This document shows positions 57,401-63,502 of a DNA stretch of 64,000 bases, one piece after another. Positions within the stretch are counted from its first letter, which is position 1, and the number at the start of each line of letters is the position of its first letter. Source of the DNA: a virus (Duplodnaviria; Caudoviricetes); IMG/VR virus record IMGVR_UViG_3300014733_000004, positions 1,182 to 65,181 of that record; one strand, given 5' to 3'. Below the pieces are notes generated by a model that searched no databases, had not been told where the DNA came from, and saw only the letters and a program-made list of their open reading frames with translations. The position numbers and the translations under genes are program-made.

Positions 57401-57816
57401 TCGACATGGCCGCGACCGGGATCTACAAGGACAAGAAGGGCTACAAGGTCATCGACACGACGCTGGCCGAGGCGGGATCGAAATTCCTGGGCTTCCAGCC
57501 CAAGAGCGTGGCCGAGGTGCAGGAGGCCAACAGCTTCATGCAGCGCACGAAGAGCTTCTACACGCAGACCAGCAGCGAGATCAAAGCGCAGTGGGCGGAT
57601 GCGCTCTATCGCAAGGACGACACCGCCCTGGCCGCGGCGCGCGAGCGGCTGGCCGACTGGAACCGGAACAATCCGGAGCAGCCGATCGTGGTGAAGATGC
57701 CGGACGTGTGGAAGCGGGTGCGCGAGATGGACAAGGACCGCACGCAGCGGATCGCCGACACCGCGCCGAAAGCGCTGCGCCAGCAGATGCGCGAGGCAGG
57801 GCAGGCCCCAGCATAG
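48445..57816 (+). CDS. Giant polyvalent virion protein (3123 aa): PPase-like, LPD5, LPD1, metallopeptidase, PBECR/MuF-C-like nuclease, PLxRFG, LPD38-like
   Basis: GNYKKGH...HYGYIKG..GADKDHVDVF; ITDFGEKIGGARKD; SLAHEWFHALDHY; YHEVAGHHGLR; YAPLSRFG. Confidence 0.85.
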   Translation: MSEIDSILKGAPEYKPGAQSTSTAPPAAPPSEIDAALSDAPTTARGLKGWGQDIAATAVKGAIAVPEAVVGLADIPTGGRVGKFLENEGGAVGFRPKQAREAVNEWHSDATLEAQRKFQEADGIVDKAVTAVQNPSLIATAIGESLPSMGAGGVAARGLLTATRLGQLGAKGAALAGAAGEGLTMAGSQAEQIRQETPDGLLTPGQAGLAAATGAVGGAFGAVGGRIAQRLGIGDAETMLAQGQSGMARQFADEAAGAAVNPLQQQAVKSIPRHVIEGAIAEGLLEELPQSVAEQIFQNVALDKPWYDQVDSAIVLGTLSGGAMGAGAAGYHAAARPRAGAVGESDPAAALPAGNEPAAEAPARNPGLERVSQAFAEQLRMLQEQEQGEVLGPQSTPPDGAAALAEQRATAEAQRQADMEASRAVESPDDEIYQSTGAEVPRSVRMGINPAGGPLSAGAAMAVDTGVSDQMQQAAALAQAAEAAEKGGKAQKQEQPERAPQGADPETGEIPGPDAVANWSDAQLSASFRSAQGRDVRIKLAQELSRRKAARAAEHSPPVKGSTDGYQTQPASPPPPAGAAQAPAVAAAGAPAQGALSNAGTTTADPGAQGKTAAGAKAAPESADQRAQRIDAAGQTWTRLPTVQRQVVAEQLKGLKPVLQKNLAGAKWDNLNADLKRKIADLIAPAQEAAAAPARARAAPVAMARGTTFPPLDAPPAPAAAAASAPPKAAGTSARRARAAAAPVSAPAMVQAAAQEAATSLSNDLPEPTAAQKDAGNYKKGHVKVNGHDISIENPAGTRRRPEWPPLQNHYGYIKGSKGADKDHVDVFMTDRAEDAGLPVFVVDQVNRDGSFDEHKVVMGAADEAEARSTYLGNNEKGWTGLGGITRMTQAEFKDWVRDPARTVKPAAAPVTGDALPPVATGEAGPAPAKDAEPAQASAPALPVAESGSSAPPAPQALPAAAETVPQRMKRVKAEKAAAPAAPAAAGEASPAAKPKTVPEKMKDAKAKRESKAVREAREAEERRAAYFAPGNVVRGYGGGFDRVVSYQPADTDGRWSVTVREVQKDGNGAWADKAGAVDRTHGTEPSKMNYAAGPAARMKVDPAPAAAVAVEPLVPASAPALVLDAGTREDGLGAGRITDFGEKIGGARKDQATRAPKAIKPRSSDERPAWARRFEISQIAKSSRLGEEGRWVVRDARSLDAFKQPRRVGAETYATREDAEQAVPLLAVSQKHSPVPLRGDGAGYEIWREVSDRKRVKVVDQVFSTRDAALEYMAKNAQAIIETNTTFGEADLPRPPSEERVGVPRRSGDARDSDFMDVFGFRGVEFGNWNNQQERQQLLNDAYDGLLDLAEVMGVPPRAISLNGDLALAFGARGHGLSSARAHYEPAKAVINLTKMNGAGSLAHEWFHALDHYFGRQDGKAPAEWVVGKDGTRSLEINDAAESNMVSGGTRGERSAMRPQLREAFADVMRTIARKAEAYVEDTARADRFVASAREDVRRQLNSIRADLARDLDARYYKRFNKAASADQLAEFDSVAEKILAGELLDLRIETKGSARSIASGMRWTNDALNRISAVIKAVRGRQGFSAAQDGPLDRMGGLMRNYSARLKMLADAQQANEKSRMVPTDFVMSAKELDQGRGQDYWTRPHELAARAFQGYVEDKIAAGGGRSPFLNYGPEGVAIPTPWGFKRPFPAGAERVAINQALERLAATIQTRESDSGGVALFRRGAEDDLGAGMAADLLRIMGKGDGFSAAAQRQAVDTVRATVNPIVAAWQNAPEVVVAYDLDDPVIPQRVRDADLRQRTGGAHGAPEGFYFGGKAYLMASRLTTPADAARVLYHEVAGHHGLRGLFGPELDKILNQVATMRRADVDAKMAEYGMRGVDRISRIRAAEEVLAEMAEKNPQQSFVQRAVAAIRNFLRAHVPGFGSLRLRDADIIQAYILPARNWVERAAAERERGMGSAAMQYSLAQDEARSGFAAEVRASITAGLNNDERALRAQVPLGIETPAALEALGVVRKPVVTNRNLIAKMHFEHGVPRAELERLGELLSNPVMVFKSDTQPGRMVVVTSLVVRGNPVVVAVDPNGASNRAEVVYVPSAYPKDNADRTFTRWIRDGLLQFANKKESRHLATTARLQLPGVVQRAAGFRADYKTEADLPQTGDGPDVMFSRERIAALKESALDQITQTMSHPGQVSLWDKTIGTMRNLAERAPAFKPVFESAQRFIDDVSMLGNDAADMAPRLLPRVDSWRDLTKKPITAADNKAVARPLFEGTLMWARDIDGTPVLLDDLTAKYQNLPADQKAQLLLRGGRLDPKILTAWQGLPVGMYEANVNTSFNSRVLKAGVVWSQRELETMFGLDANQVSLYQEGRAAIDRSIDMTARADMLRSLGDEYAGMRDAVLAQETMDDAVELLTRTLMDDARDRPEWSERLMELNNSVVKARERAQQLMDEGYAPLSRFGRYTVDVVDAAGDRQYFGMFETKGDSNRMKAEMEKQFPGATVTQGTMSQDAFKLFAGVTPESLEMFGSMLGLDGTGDDPKDKAFQAYLQLAKNNHSALKRLIHRKGIAGYSEDVGRVLAGFVYSNARLGAGGLNAGTMESAINAIPKEQGELKDLAMGLRDYIANPQEEGQAVRGMLFAQYLGGSLASAFVNMTQPFAVTLPWLTQFGGMKRAGAQMARALKDMSRKGFEYEPDLAAAMQSAEEDGVVSPQEIHQLMAQARGTGSLRTGDGTKAGDARAAAANNWERVKVAWGQPFALAEQFNRRSTFIAAYRIAKEQGMAEPSNFARKAVLETQFLYSKANKMRFARGAVGGTLMTFKTYSVSYLELMHRMWTQGGPEGKRAVGWAVAMLLLMSGAGGLPFMEDAEDLIDGAGQLMGYNLSAKQWRKQALRDVVGKEVADFLEQGLSGLPGAPVDVSGRLGMGNLLPGTGLFLSKQNRERDLLEVAGPAGDVVARGFTAVRKGLTGDVGGAALELSPTAVRNAVKGIDMAATGIYKDKKGYKVIDTTLAEAGSKFLGFQPKSVAEVQEANSFMQRTKSFYTQTSSEIKAQWADALYRKDDTALAAARERLADWNRNNPEQPIVVKMPDVWKRVREMDKDRTQRIADTAPKALRQQMREAGQAPA

Positions 57817-57848
57817 GGTTAGGCGAGGTGGCGGCCGGGCGGGACACT
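57811..57848 (+). promoter_or_regulatory. Late promoter motif copy
   Basis: GCATAGGGTTAGGC...GGGACACT; ATG 7 nt later, no SD. Confidence 0.75.
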
Positions 57849-57855
57849 GCCCGGC

Positions 57856-58215
57856 ATGTCCACCCCGGCCAAGCTCAAGAAGATCACCATCTACCAGGGC
57901 GCGACCTTCCGCAAACGCCTGCGGTGGGAGTCGCCTGCCGGCGCTCCCATCGACCTGACGGGCGCCACCGCGCGCATGCAGGTCCGCCTGGAAAAGGAGA
58001 CCCCGACCACGCTGGCGGACCTGACCACCGAAAACGGCGGCATCACGCTGGGCGGCGCTTCGGGCACGGTGGACCTGTACCTGAGCGACGCGGCCACCGC
58101 GGCCATGGGCTGGGAATCTGGCGTGTGGGATCTGGAGATCGTGCACCCCAGCGGCGATGTCACCCGCCTGGCCGAGGGCTCCATCGGGGTTTCCAAGGAG
58201 GTGACGCGTGGCTGA
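57856..58215 (+). CDS. Tail-tip structural protein (119 aa)
   Basis: ITIYQGATF...PIDLTGATARMQVR...WDLEIV, a common phage baseplate-like small domain. Confidence 0.7.
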   Translation: MSTPAKLKKITIYQGATFRKRLRWESPAGAPIDLTGATARMQVRLEKETPTTLADLTTENGGITLGGASGTVDLYLSDAATAAMGWESGVWDLEIVHPSGDVTRLAEGSIGVSKEVTRG

Positions 58216-58708
58216 TGTGCTGGTGGAGGAGGTCACCACCATCCTGGCTCTGGAGGCCGACAGCTCGGTGCTTCGCGAGGAGGTGGAGGTCGTCCAGGTG
58301 GTGGCCGAAGCCGAGCAGGGGCCGCCCGGCCCGCGCGGCGAAGTCGGCCCAGCGGGTGGCGCGACCGTGTCGCGTGTGGCCGGCTCGACGCTTTCCGCCT
58401 TGGTCGCCGTCTGGGAGGACGCGGCTGGCCGCGTGCACGCACTCGACCAAGACGACGGGGACCACGTGTTCCTGCTGCTGGGCATCACGCTCACCGCCGC
58501 CGGCCCTGGCCAGCCCATCGACGTGCAGCGCTCGGGTGCCATCACCGATTCGGCCTGGGTCTGGACGCCAGGCCAGCGCGTCTATCTGGGGCTCGGCGGG
58601 GCTCTCACCACCACCGCGCCCGCGGCCGGCTTCGACGTGTTGATCGGCACGGCGCTGTCTCCGACCCGCCTTCTTCTCAACCTTCAAGACCCCATCGCAC
58701 TGGAGTAG
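58208..58708 (+). CDS. Virion protein with short collagen-like GxxGxx stretch
   Basis: QGPPGPRGEVGPAG. Confidence 0.65.
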   Translation: MADVLVEEVTTILALEADSSVLREEVEVVQVVAEAEQGPPGPRGEVGPAGGATVSRVAGSTLSALVAVWEDAAGRVHALDQDDGDHVFLLLGITLTAAGPGQPIDVQRSGAITDSAWVWTPGQRVYLGLGGALTTTAPAAGFDVLIGTALSPTRLLLNLQDPIALE

Positions 58709-58712
58709 AACC

Positions 58713-59243
58713 ATGGCAACTCAACCCACCCAGGGCTACCTCACCCGCATCGCCGGGAAGACCCGCCAGCTCTTCGGGCTCGCTGTCTCCGCTGGTGCGG
58801 CGGACGCGGGCAAACTGGTGGCGACCGGGCCCGACGGCCGGATCGATCCCACCCTCCTGCCCACGGGCATCGGCGCCAACACGACGATCGCCCCGGCGAG
58901 CGAGGCCATCGGCGCCGGCAAGTTCGTGAACTTCCACACCAATGCCGGCGCGCTGAACATGCGCCTCGCGGACAACAGCAACGGCCGGCAGGCGAACGGC
59001 TACGTGAAGGACGCCGTGGCCTCCGGCGCGAGCGGCACGGCGTACCCGCTCGACACCACGAATGCCTCGCTCACCGGGCTGACGCCGGGCGCCACCTACT
59101 GGCTGGGCACCGCGGGCGGCGTGATCGCGGCGCCGCTCGACGCCACCGACACGGCCAACGCGAGCAAGGTCTGCCAGGAGCTGGGCACGGCCAAGAGCGC
59201 GACCGAGCTGGTGACGGACGACCTGGGCTACGTGATCCTCTGA
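58713..59243 (+). CDS. Virion structural protein (176 aa)
   Basis: GGAG SD; Gly/Ala/Thr-rich. Confidence 0.65.
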   Translation: MATQPTQGYLTRIAGKTRQLFGLAVSAGAADAGKLVATGPDGRIDPTLLPTGIGANTTIAPASEAIGAGKFVNFHTNAGALNMRLADNSNGRQANGYVKDAVASGASGTAYPLDTTNASLTGLTPGATYWLGTAGGVIAAPLDATDTANASKVCQELGTAKSATELVTDDLGYVIL

Positions 59244-59244
59244 A

Positions 59245-60072
59245 ATGGCAGCGCGGCGGCCTCTTGTCAGGGTGGGTGGGCGCGTCCGGCAGTTGCCCGC
59301 CGGTGACACGCTCCAAGACGTGCGCGAGAGGCTGTCAGCTGCACGAACCTACTACGTCCGCACCGATGGCAGCGACAGCAACACAGGCCTGGCCAACACT
59401 AGCGCCGGTGCATTCGCCACGATACAGAAAGCCATCGATACCGTCGCCGGCCTGGACCTCAACCTGCAGAGTTGCACTATCAGCGTGGGTGCTGGCACCT
59501 TCCCAGCTGCGAACACGTTACGAGCGCTCGTCGGTGGGGCGTGCTCTGTTGTTGGTCAGGGGTCGTCGACCATCGTGAGTGGCAGCGGCCAGATGTTCGC
59601 ACTCGCTGTTGCGGCGCAGTGGAGCGTGACTAATTTGGCGGTAGCAAGCACCGGAGGCGCTGGTTTCCAGATCGTCTCGCCGGGCGCGCGGATTTCCATC
59701 GCATCGATCGACTTTGGCGCGTGCGCCGGAGGGTCAATCTACGCCGGATACCAGTCCTACGTGACGATTGGTGCCCACACGATTAGCGGGAACCGCCCGT
59801 TCCACGTGTATGCTGAATCGGGTGCGATCGTGGTGTGCACCGGCGTCACGGTGACGCTCTCGGGCACCGTCCCATTTCCCTCCGGTTTCATCAATAGCAT
59901 CACCCTCTCTGCGGTGAGCTTCTACAACATCACGTTTGCTGGCACCTATACCCCCACAGGCCCGCGTTACGCCGTCGCCTCAAACGCGCTGCTAATCACC
60001 AACGGTGGTGGGGCCACCTATCTGCCGGGGAATACGGCTGGATCGACCTCGACCGGGGGGCAGTACCTGTGA
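59245..60072 (+). CDS. Tail fibre / receptor-binding protein with beta-helix-like body
   Basis: TYYVRTDGSDSNTG...AFATIQKAID motif; followed by a chaperone-like gene; lower-GC codon usage. Confidence 0.7.
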   Translation: MAARRPLVRVGGRVRQLPAGDTLQDVRERLSAARTYYVRTDGSDSNTGLANTSAGAFATIQKAIDTVAGLDLNLQSCTISVGAGTFPAANTLRALVGGACSVVGQGSSTIVSGSGQMFALAVAAQWSVTNLAVASTGGAGFQIVSPGARISIASIDFGACAGGSIYAGYQSYVTIGAHTISGNRPFHVYAESGAIVVCTGVTVTLSGTVPFPSGFINSITLSAVSFYNITFAGTYTPTGPRYAVASNALLITNGGGATYLPGNTAGSTSTGGQYL

Positions 60073-60614
60073 CCAGCTACAAGTTGACCCGCGAGGGCTA
60101 CGTCATCCGTGATGGGTCCGTCAAAGTTCCGACTGGCGACACGCCGGCCTACCCGAATGCCAATCCCGACTTCCTCGCATACAAGGACTGGCTCACTGCC
60201 GGCGGTGTGCCCGAGCCTGCTGACCCGCTGCCCGCGGCGGAAGTCTGGGAGCGCATCAAGGCCGAGCGAGACCGGCGAAAGTACCTCGGCGTCAAGGTGG
60301 GAGCGCACTGGTTCCACAGCGACGACGCAAGCCGCATCCAGCAGATGTCGCTGATGCTGATGGGGCAGGCCATGCCGGCCGGAATCCAGTGGAAAACGCT
60401 CACATCCACACCGCCGCCGGTGTTCGTGGCCATGACGCCGGCCTTGGCCGTGGCGATCTTCAACGCCACCGCAGCGAGCGACATGGCGGTGTTCGCCGCC
60501 GCCGAAGCGCACCGCGTTGCCATGGAGGCATCGGACGATCCGGGAGCCTACGACTTCACCAGCGGGTGGCCGGTGTCCGTAGAAGACGAATTGCACACTG
60601 TGCACAGGGACTGA
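60069..60614 (+). CDS. Tail fibre assembly protein (DUF4376-like C-terminal domain)
   Basis: NPDFLAYKDWLTAG; IKAERDRR...WFHSD...IQWKTL. Confidence 0.75.
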   Translation: MTSYKLTREGYVIRDGSVKVPTGDTPAYPNANPDFLAYKDWLTAGGVPEPADPLPAAEVWERIKAERDRRKYLGVKVGAHWFHSDDASRIQQMSLMLMGQAMPAGIQWKTLTSTPPPVFVAMTPALAVAIFNATAASDMAVFAAAEAHRVAMEASDDPGAYDFTSGWPVSVEDELHTVHRD

Positions 60615-60616
60615 CC

Positions 60617-61138
60617 ATGCTGCTTGCTTCGTACACCGGCACGCGCCCGGGGCTTCAGGGCTTGGCCAACCGCGCTATCCGCTTCCGCCTGGGCGGACCC
60701 TACAGCCACACCGAGCTGGTGTTCGAGCCAGGCGACGGCGTGGACGCGCTGATGCCCGATGGCACGTGCGCGGCCGGCGGGGATGGATCGCTGTGGTGCG
60801 GCTCCAGCGTGGCGGCCGAGCCCGTGCCTGCGTATTCGGCCCGCCGGCCCGGGCGGACAGGCGGCGTCCGGCTGAAGAGGGTGGTGCTGGAGCCTGCCCG
60901 CTGGGAGCTGCTTCCGCTGCCCGGCGACGCGCAGCGGGCGGCGCGGTGGTTCCTCGAGCACGAGGGAGCGCTCTACGACTGGCAGCTGGTCCTCGGCTTC
61001 GTCGCGTGGGCGATCCCCCAGAAGGCCTCGCGCTGGACCTGCTCGGAAGCGGTGGCCGCGGCGGCCGCCTTCCCCGACCCGGAACGCTTCGATCCGTGCG
61101 TCCTTCGGGCCGCCGTGGCCCGGTTCGCCCCCGTATAG
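60617..61138 (+). CDS. Permuted papain-like NlpC/P60 protein
   Basis: His in YSHTELV precedes Cys in YDW...WTCSE. Confidence 0.7.
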   Translation: MLLASYTGTRPGLQGLANRAIRFRLGGPYSHTELVFEPGDGVDALMPDGTCAAGGDGSLWCGSSVAAEPVPAYSARRPGRTGGVRLKRVVLEPARWELLPLPGDAQRAARWFLEHEGALYDWQLVLGFVAWAIPQKASRWTCSEAVAAAAAFPDPERFDPCVLRAAVARFAPV

Positions 61139-61170
61139 GGTTCGTCAGATCCGCCCCGGCCCGGAATGAT
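61133..61170 (+). promoter_or_regulatory. Late promoter motif copy (lysis operon)
   Basis: GTATAGGGTTCGTCA...GGAATGAT; ATG 8 nt later, no SD. Confidence 0.75.
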
Positions 61171-61178
61171 CCGGGCTC

Positions 61179-61535
61179 ATGACCTGGACCACCCCCACAT
61201 CCTCCGCTGCAGAGATCAGCATGCCGCTGGTGAAAGCCAGTAGTGCCATCACAGTCGCCGCGGCAGCGAAGGCGGACGTGGTGGATCGCATTGCCCCAGC
61301 GGCGGCCGGCGGCCCGGGGCCTGACGCGTGGGCCGCCGTCAACGCCATCCCGTGGGGCACCATCGCTTCCATCATGGCTGCGGCGTACACCGCGCTGCTC
61401 ATCGGGGAGTGGTTGTGGAAAAAGCTCCTGCGACCGCTGGCCGAGCGCCGCGGCTGGGTGAAGCCCCGCAAGCGCTGGATCATCACGCTGGATGATCTGA
61501 AGGAGCAGCAGGACACGGACCGGGCGCCGCTGTGA
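61179..61535 (+). CDS. Holin-like membrane protein
   Basis: TM segment WGTIASIMAAAYTALLIGEWLW, basic C-terminus, directly before the endolysin. Confidence 0.6.
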   Translation: MTWTTPTSSAAEISMPLVKASSAITVAAAAKADVVDRIAPAAAGGPGPDAWAAVNAIPWGTIASIMAAAYTALLIGEWLWKKLLRPLAERRGWVKPRKRWIITLDDLKEQQDTDRAPL

Positions 61536-62161
61536 TGTCCCGCATCCCACCCCAACTCGCGCAGAAGCTGGCGGCCCTTGTGCTGCTGGCCGGCCTGGGC
61601 GGCGGCACCTACGTCGCCCAGCAGGCGACCGACACCGCGCAGCGCAACGAGTACGTGCAGGCTGTGGCCGCTGACCCCAGCACGTCGCCGGCCGTGAAGA
61701 TCGCCATGGTCATGGGCTCGGAATACGAGTCCAGCGGGCGGCACATCGGCACGCCCTACATCGACCGCGCGGGGCGCGGGCAGCCGCTCACGGTCTGCAA
61801 CGGCGTCACCGGCCCGGAAGTGGACGCCGGGCGGTACTACACGCCCAGCGACTGCTACCAGTTGGAGCGCGCGCGGTACATCGAGGCCGAGCGCGACGCG
61901 GCGCGTCTCCTGCGGTACTGGGCTACCTACGACGCTTTCGCCCAGGCCACGTTCATCGATTTTGTCTGGAACAAGGGCCCGCAGAAGCTGGAGACGAGCA
62001 CCATGCGCGCGAAGGCCAACCGCGGCGACCTCGAGGGCGCGTGCAGGGAGAACCCCCGGTGGAACCGCGGCACGGTGCGAGGCATATCGACCGTGCTGCC
62101 TGGGCTGCAGATCCGCGGCGACAGCAACGACGAGATCTGCCGCAACTTGAGGTTGCAGTGA
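61532..62161 (+). CDS. GH24 lysozyme endolysin with SAR-like N-terminus
   Basis: LAALVLLAGLGGGTYVA anchor; E...PYID...TVCNGVT catalytic pattern. Confidence 0.88.
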   Translation: MMSRIPPQLAQKLAALVLLAGLGGGTYVAQQATDTAQRNEYVQAVAADPSTSPAVKIAMVMGSEYESSGRHIGTPYIDRAGRGQPLTVCNGVTGPEVDAGRYYTPSDCYQLERARYIEAERDAARLLRYWATYDAFAQATFIDFVWNKGPQKLETSTMRAKANRGDLEGACRENPRWNRGTVRGISTVLPGLQIRGDSNDEICRNLRLQ

Positions 62162-62670
62162 TCCCGGCGCTCTACACGCACCTGGCTGCTGCCGGTGCGG
62201 CGGCCGCGATCGCCTGGGCATTCCAGGGCGCGCGGATGGATGCCGAGGTGGCCGACGCCAACCTGCGGGCCACCACCTACCAGCTCGACGTGAGCACTGC
62301 GCAGCGCGCCGCCGATGCCCGTATCCGCGCCGCCGAGAGCGCGACCAGCACCAAGTACCAAGGAGCCCTCAATGCCGCCCGAACCCGTGAGGCGCTGCTG
62401 CGCCAGGAGCTTGACCTGCTGCGCACTGCTTCTGACGGCCTGCGCGACCAAGCCGCAGATGCCGCCCGGCGACTTGCCGCGGCTCCCCCAAGCGCCAGCC
62501 GTGACTACGCCCTTGCCGTCAACGCCGTATACGACGACTGCCGCGCAGCGTATGGCGACATGGCAGCAAAAGCTGCAGGCCACGCAGCTGATGTCCGAAC
62601 CCTCCGGGACGCCTGGCCGGTGATCCCGCCGAGCCGGCCGGATGCCGGCACCCAAGGAAGCACACCGTGA
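62158..62670 (+). CDS. Rz: i-spanin
   Basis: N-terminal TM plus coiled-coil after the endolysin; GTG overlaps the stop. Confidence 0.8.
   Translation: MIPALYTHLAAAGAAAAIAWAFQGARMDAEVADANLRATTYQLDVSTAQRAADARIRAAESATSTKYQGALNAARTREALLRQELDLLRTASDGLRDQAADAARRLAAAPPSASRDYALAVNAVYDDCRAAYGDMAAKAAGHAADVRTLRDAWPVIPPSRPDAGTQGSTP
62372..62623 (+). CDS. Rz1: o-spanin lipoprotein embedded in Rz
   Basis: AAGGAG SD, lipobox LLLTAC, Pro-rich mature part, alternate frame. Confidence 0.85.
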   Translation: MPPEPVRRCCARSLTCCALLLTACATKPQMPPGDLPRLPQAPAVTTPLPSTPYTTTAAQRMATWQQKLQATQLMSEPSGTPGR

Positions 62671-63497
62671 CCCATCAAGCCGAAGAAACCGAATTCCACA
62701 TGACCATCGGCATCACCGTGCGTGGCGCTGGTGAGCACGAGGCTGTGCAGCCCTACGTTGCCGATGCCGTGCAGGAGCTGGCGCACTCGCGCCTTTTCCT
62801 GGCTGGCCGCACTGGCGAGGGGCTGATTTCCACCCATGACAACGACCACGGCCGTGTCGTGACCACCACCACGGTCACCCGTGGCCGCCGCCCGGCGCGC
62901 GGCGAGCCGGAGCAAGCCGCCGCCGCACCATCCACCACCGAGGAACACACCATGAACGACCCCATCACCCTTCCCGTCCGCGACCCCGGTCCCGACGCCC
63001 TCGAGCGTGAAATCCAGGCCCGCGCCAGCGTTGCGCCGCGCGTGACGCCCGCAGACGTGGCGGCCGCCATCGCCGCCGAGTTCTATTTCACCGCGGCCGA
63101 CGGCGTGCTGGGGCAGTCCGAAATGGGCACGCGGCCGGCGACCTGGACGAATCTGGACCAGGTGACGATCTGCGTGCTGGTGCTGCGCAATGGCGCCAAG
63201 GTGCTGGGCGTGAACTATGGGGCGATCGACCGGGCGCGGCACGATGCGACCATGGGCCGGGAGGAGGCCCGCAAGATGGCCGTGGAAAAGGTGTGGGAGC
63301 TGCTGGGCTTCCGGCTGCGCGACAAGCTCCATGCCCAGGTGCGCTGCCAGGGCGAGCGCTGCATGGCGACGACCCAGAATGGCCTGCATCATTCGCGCGA
63401 GTGCCTCGAGGAAGCCGGCCGCAACCAGGGGTGGACGCCGACCGCCGAGGAGCTGGCGGCAGCCGGGCCGAGCGCACCCTTCACCACCGAGGCTTGA
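62667..63497 (+). CDS. Protein with N4 gp49/Sf6 gp66-like domain (internal start at 62952 possible)
   Basis: APRVTPADV...TICVLVLRNG..V.G....ID....D...G...A...A..KVWELLGFRL pattern. Confidence 0.75.
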   Translation: MTHQAEETEFHMTIGITVRGAGEHEAVQPYVADAVQELAHSRLFLAGRTGEGLISTHDNDHGRVVTTTTVTRGRRPARGEPEQAAAAPSTTEEHTMNDPITLPVRDPGPDALEREIQARASVAPRVTPADVAAAIAAEFYFTAADGVLGQSEMGTRPATWTNLDQVTICVLVLRNGAKVLGVNYGAIDRARHDATMGREEARKMAVEKVWELLGFRLRDKLHAQVRCQGERCMATTQNGLHHSRECLEEAGRNQGWTPTAEELAAAGPSAPFTTEA

Positions 63498-63502
63498 AGA
63501 CC

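Noticed and set aside
52336-58545. Very long minus-strand ORFs (2069 aa here; also 20677-23580, 32965-35739, 46115-48424)
   Set aside because: Antisense shadows of high-GC coding genes; composition is not protein-like and the plus-strand genes carry recognisable motifs.
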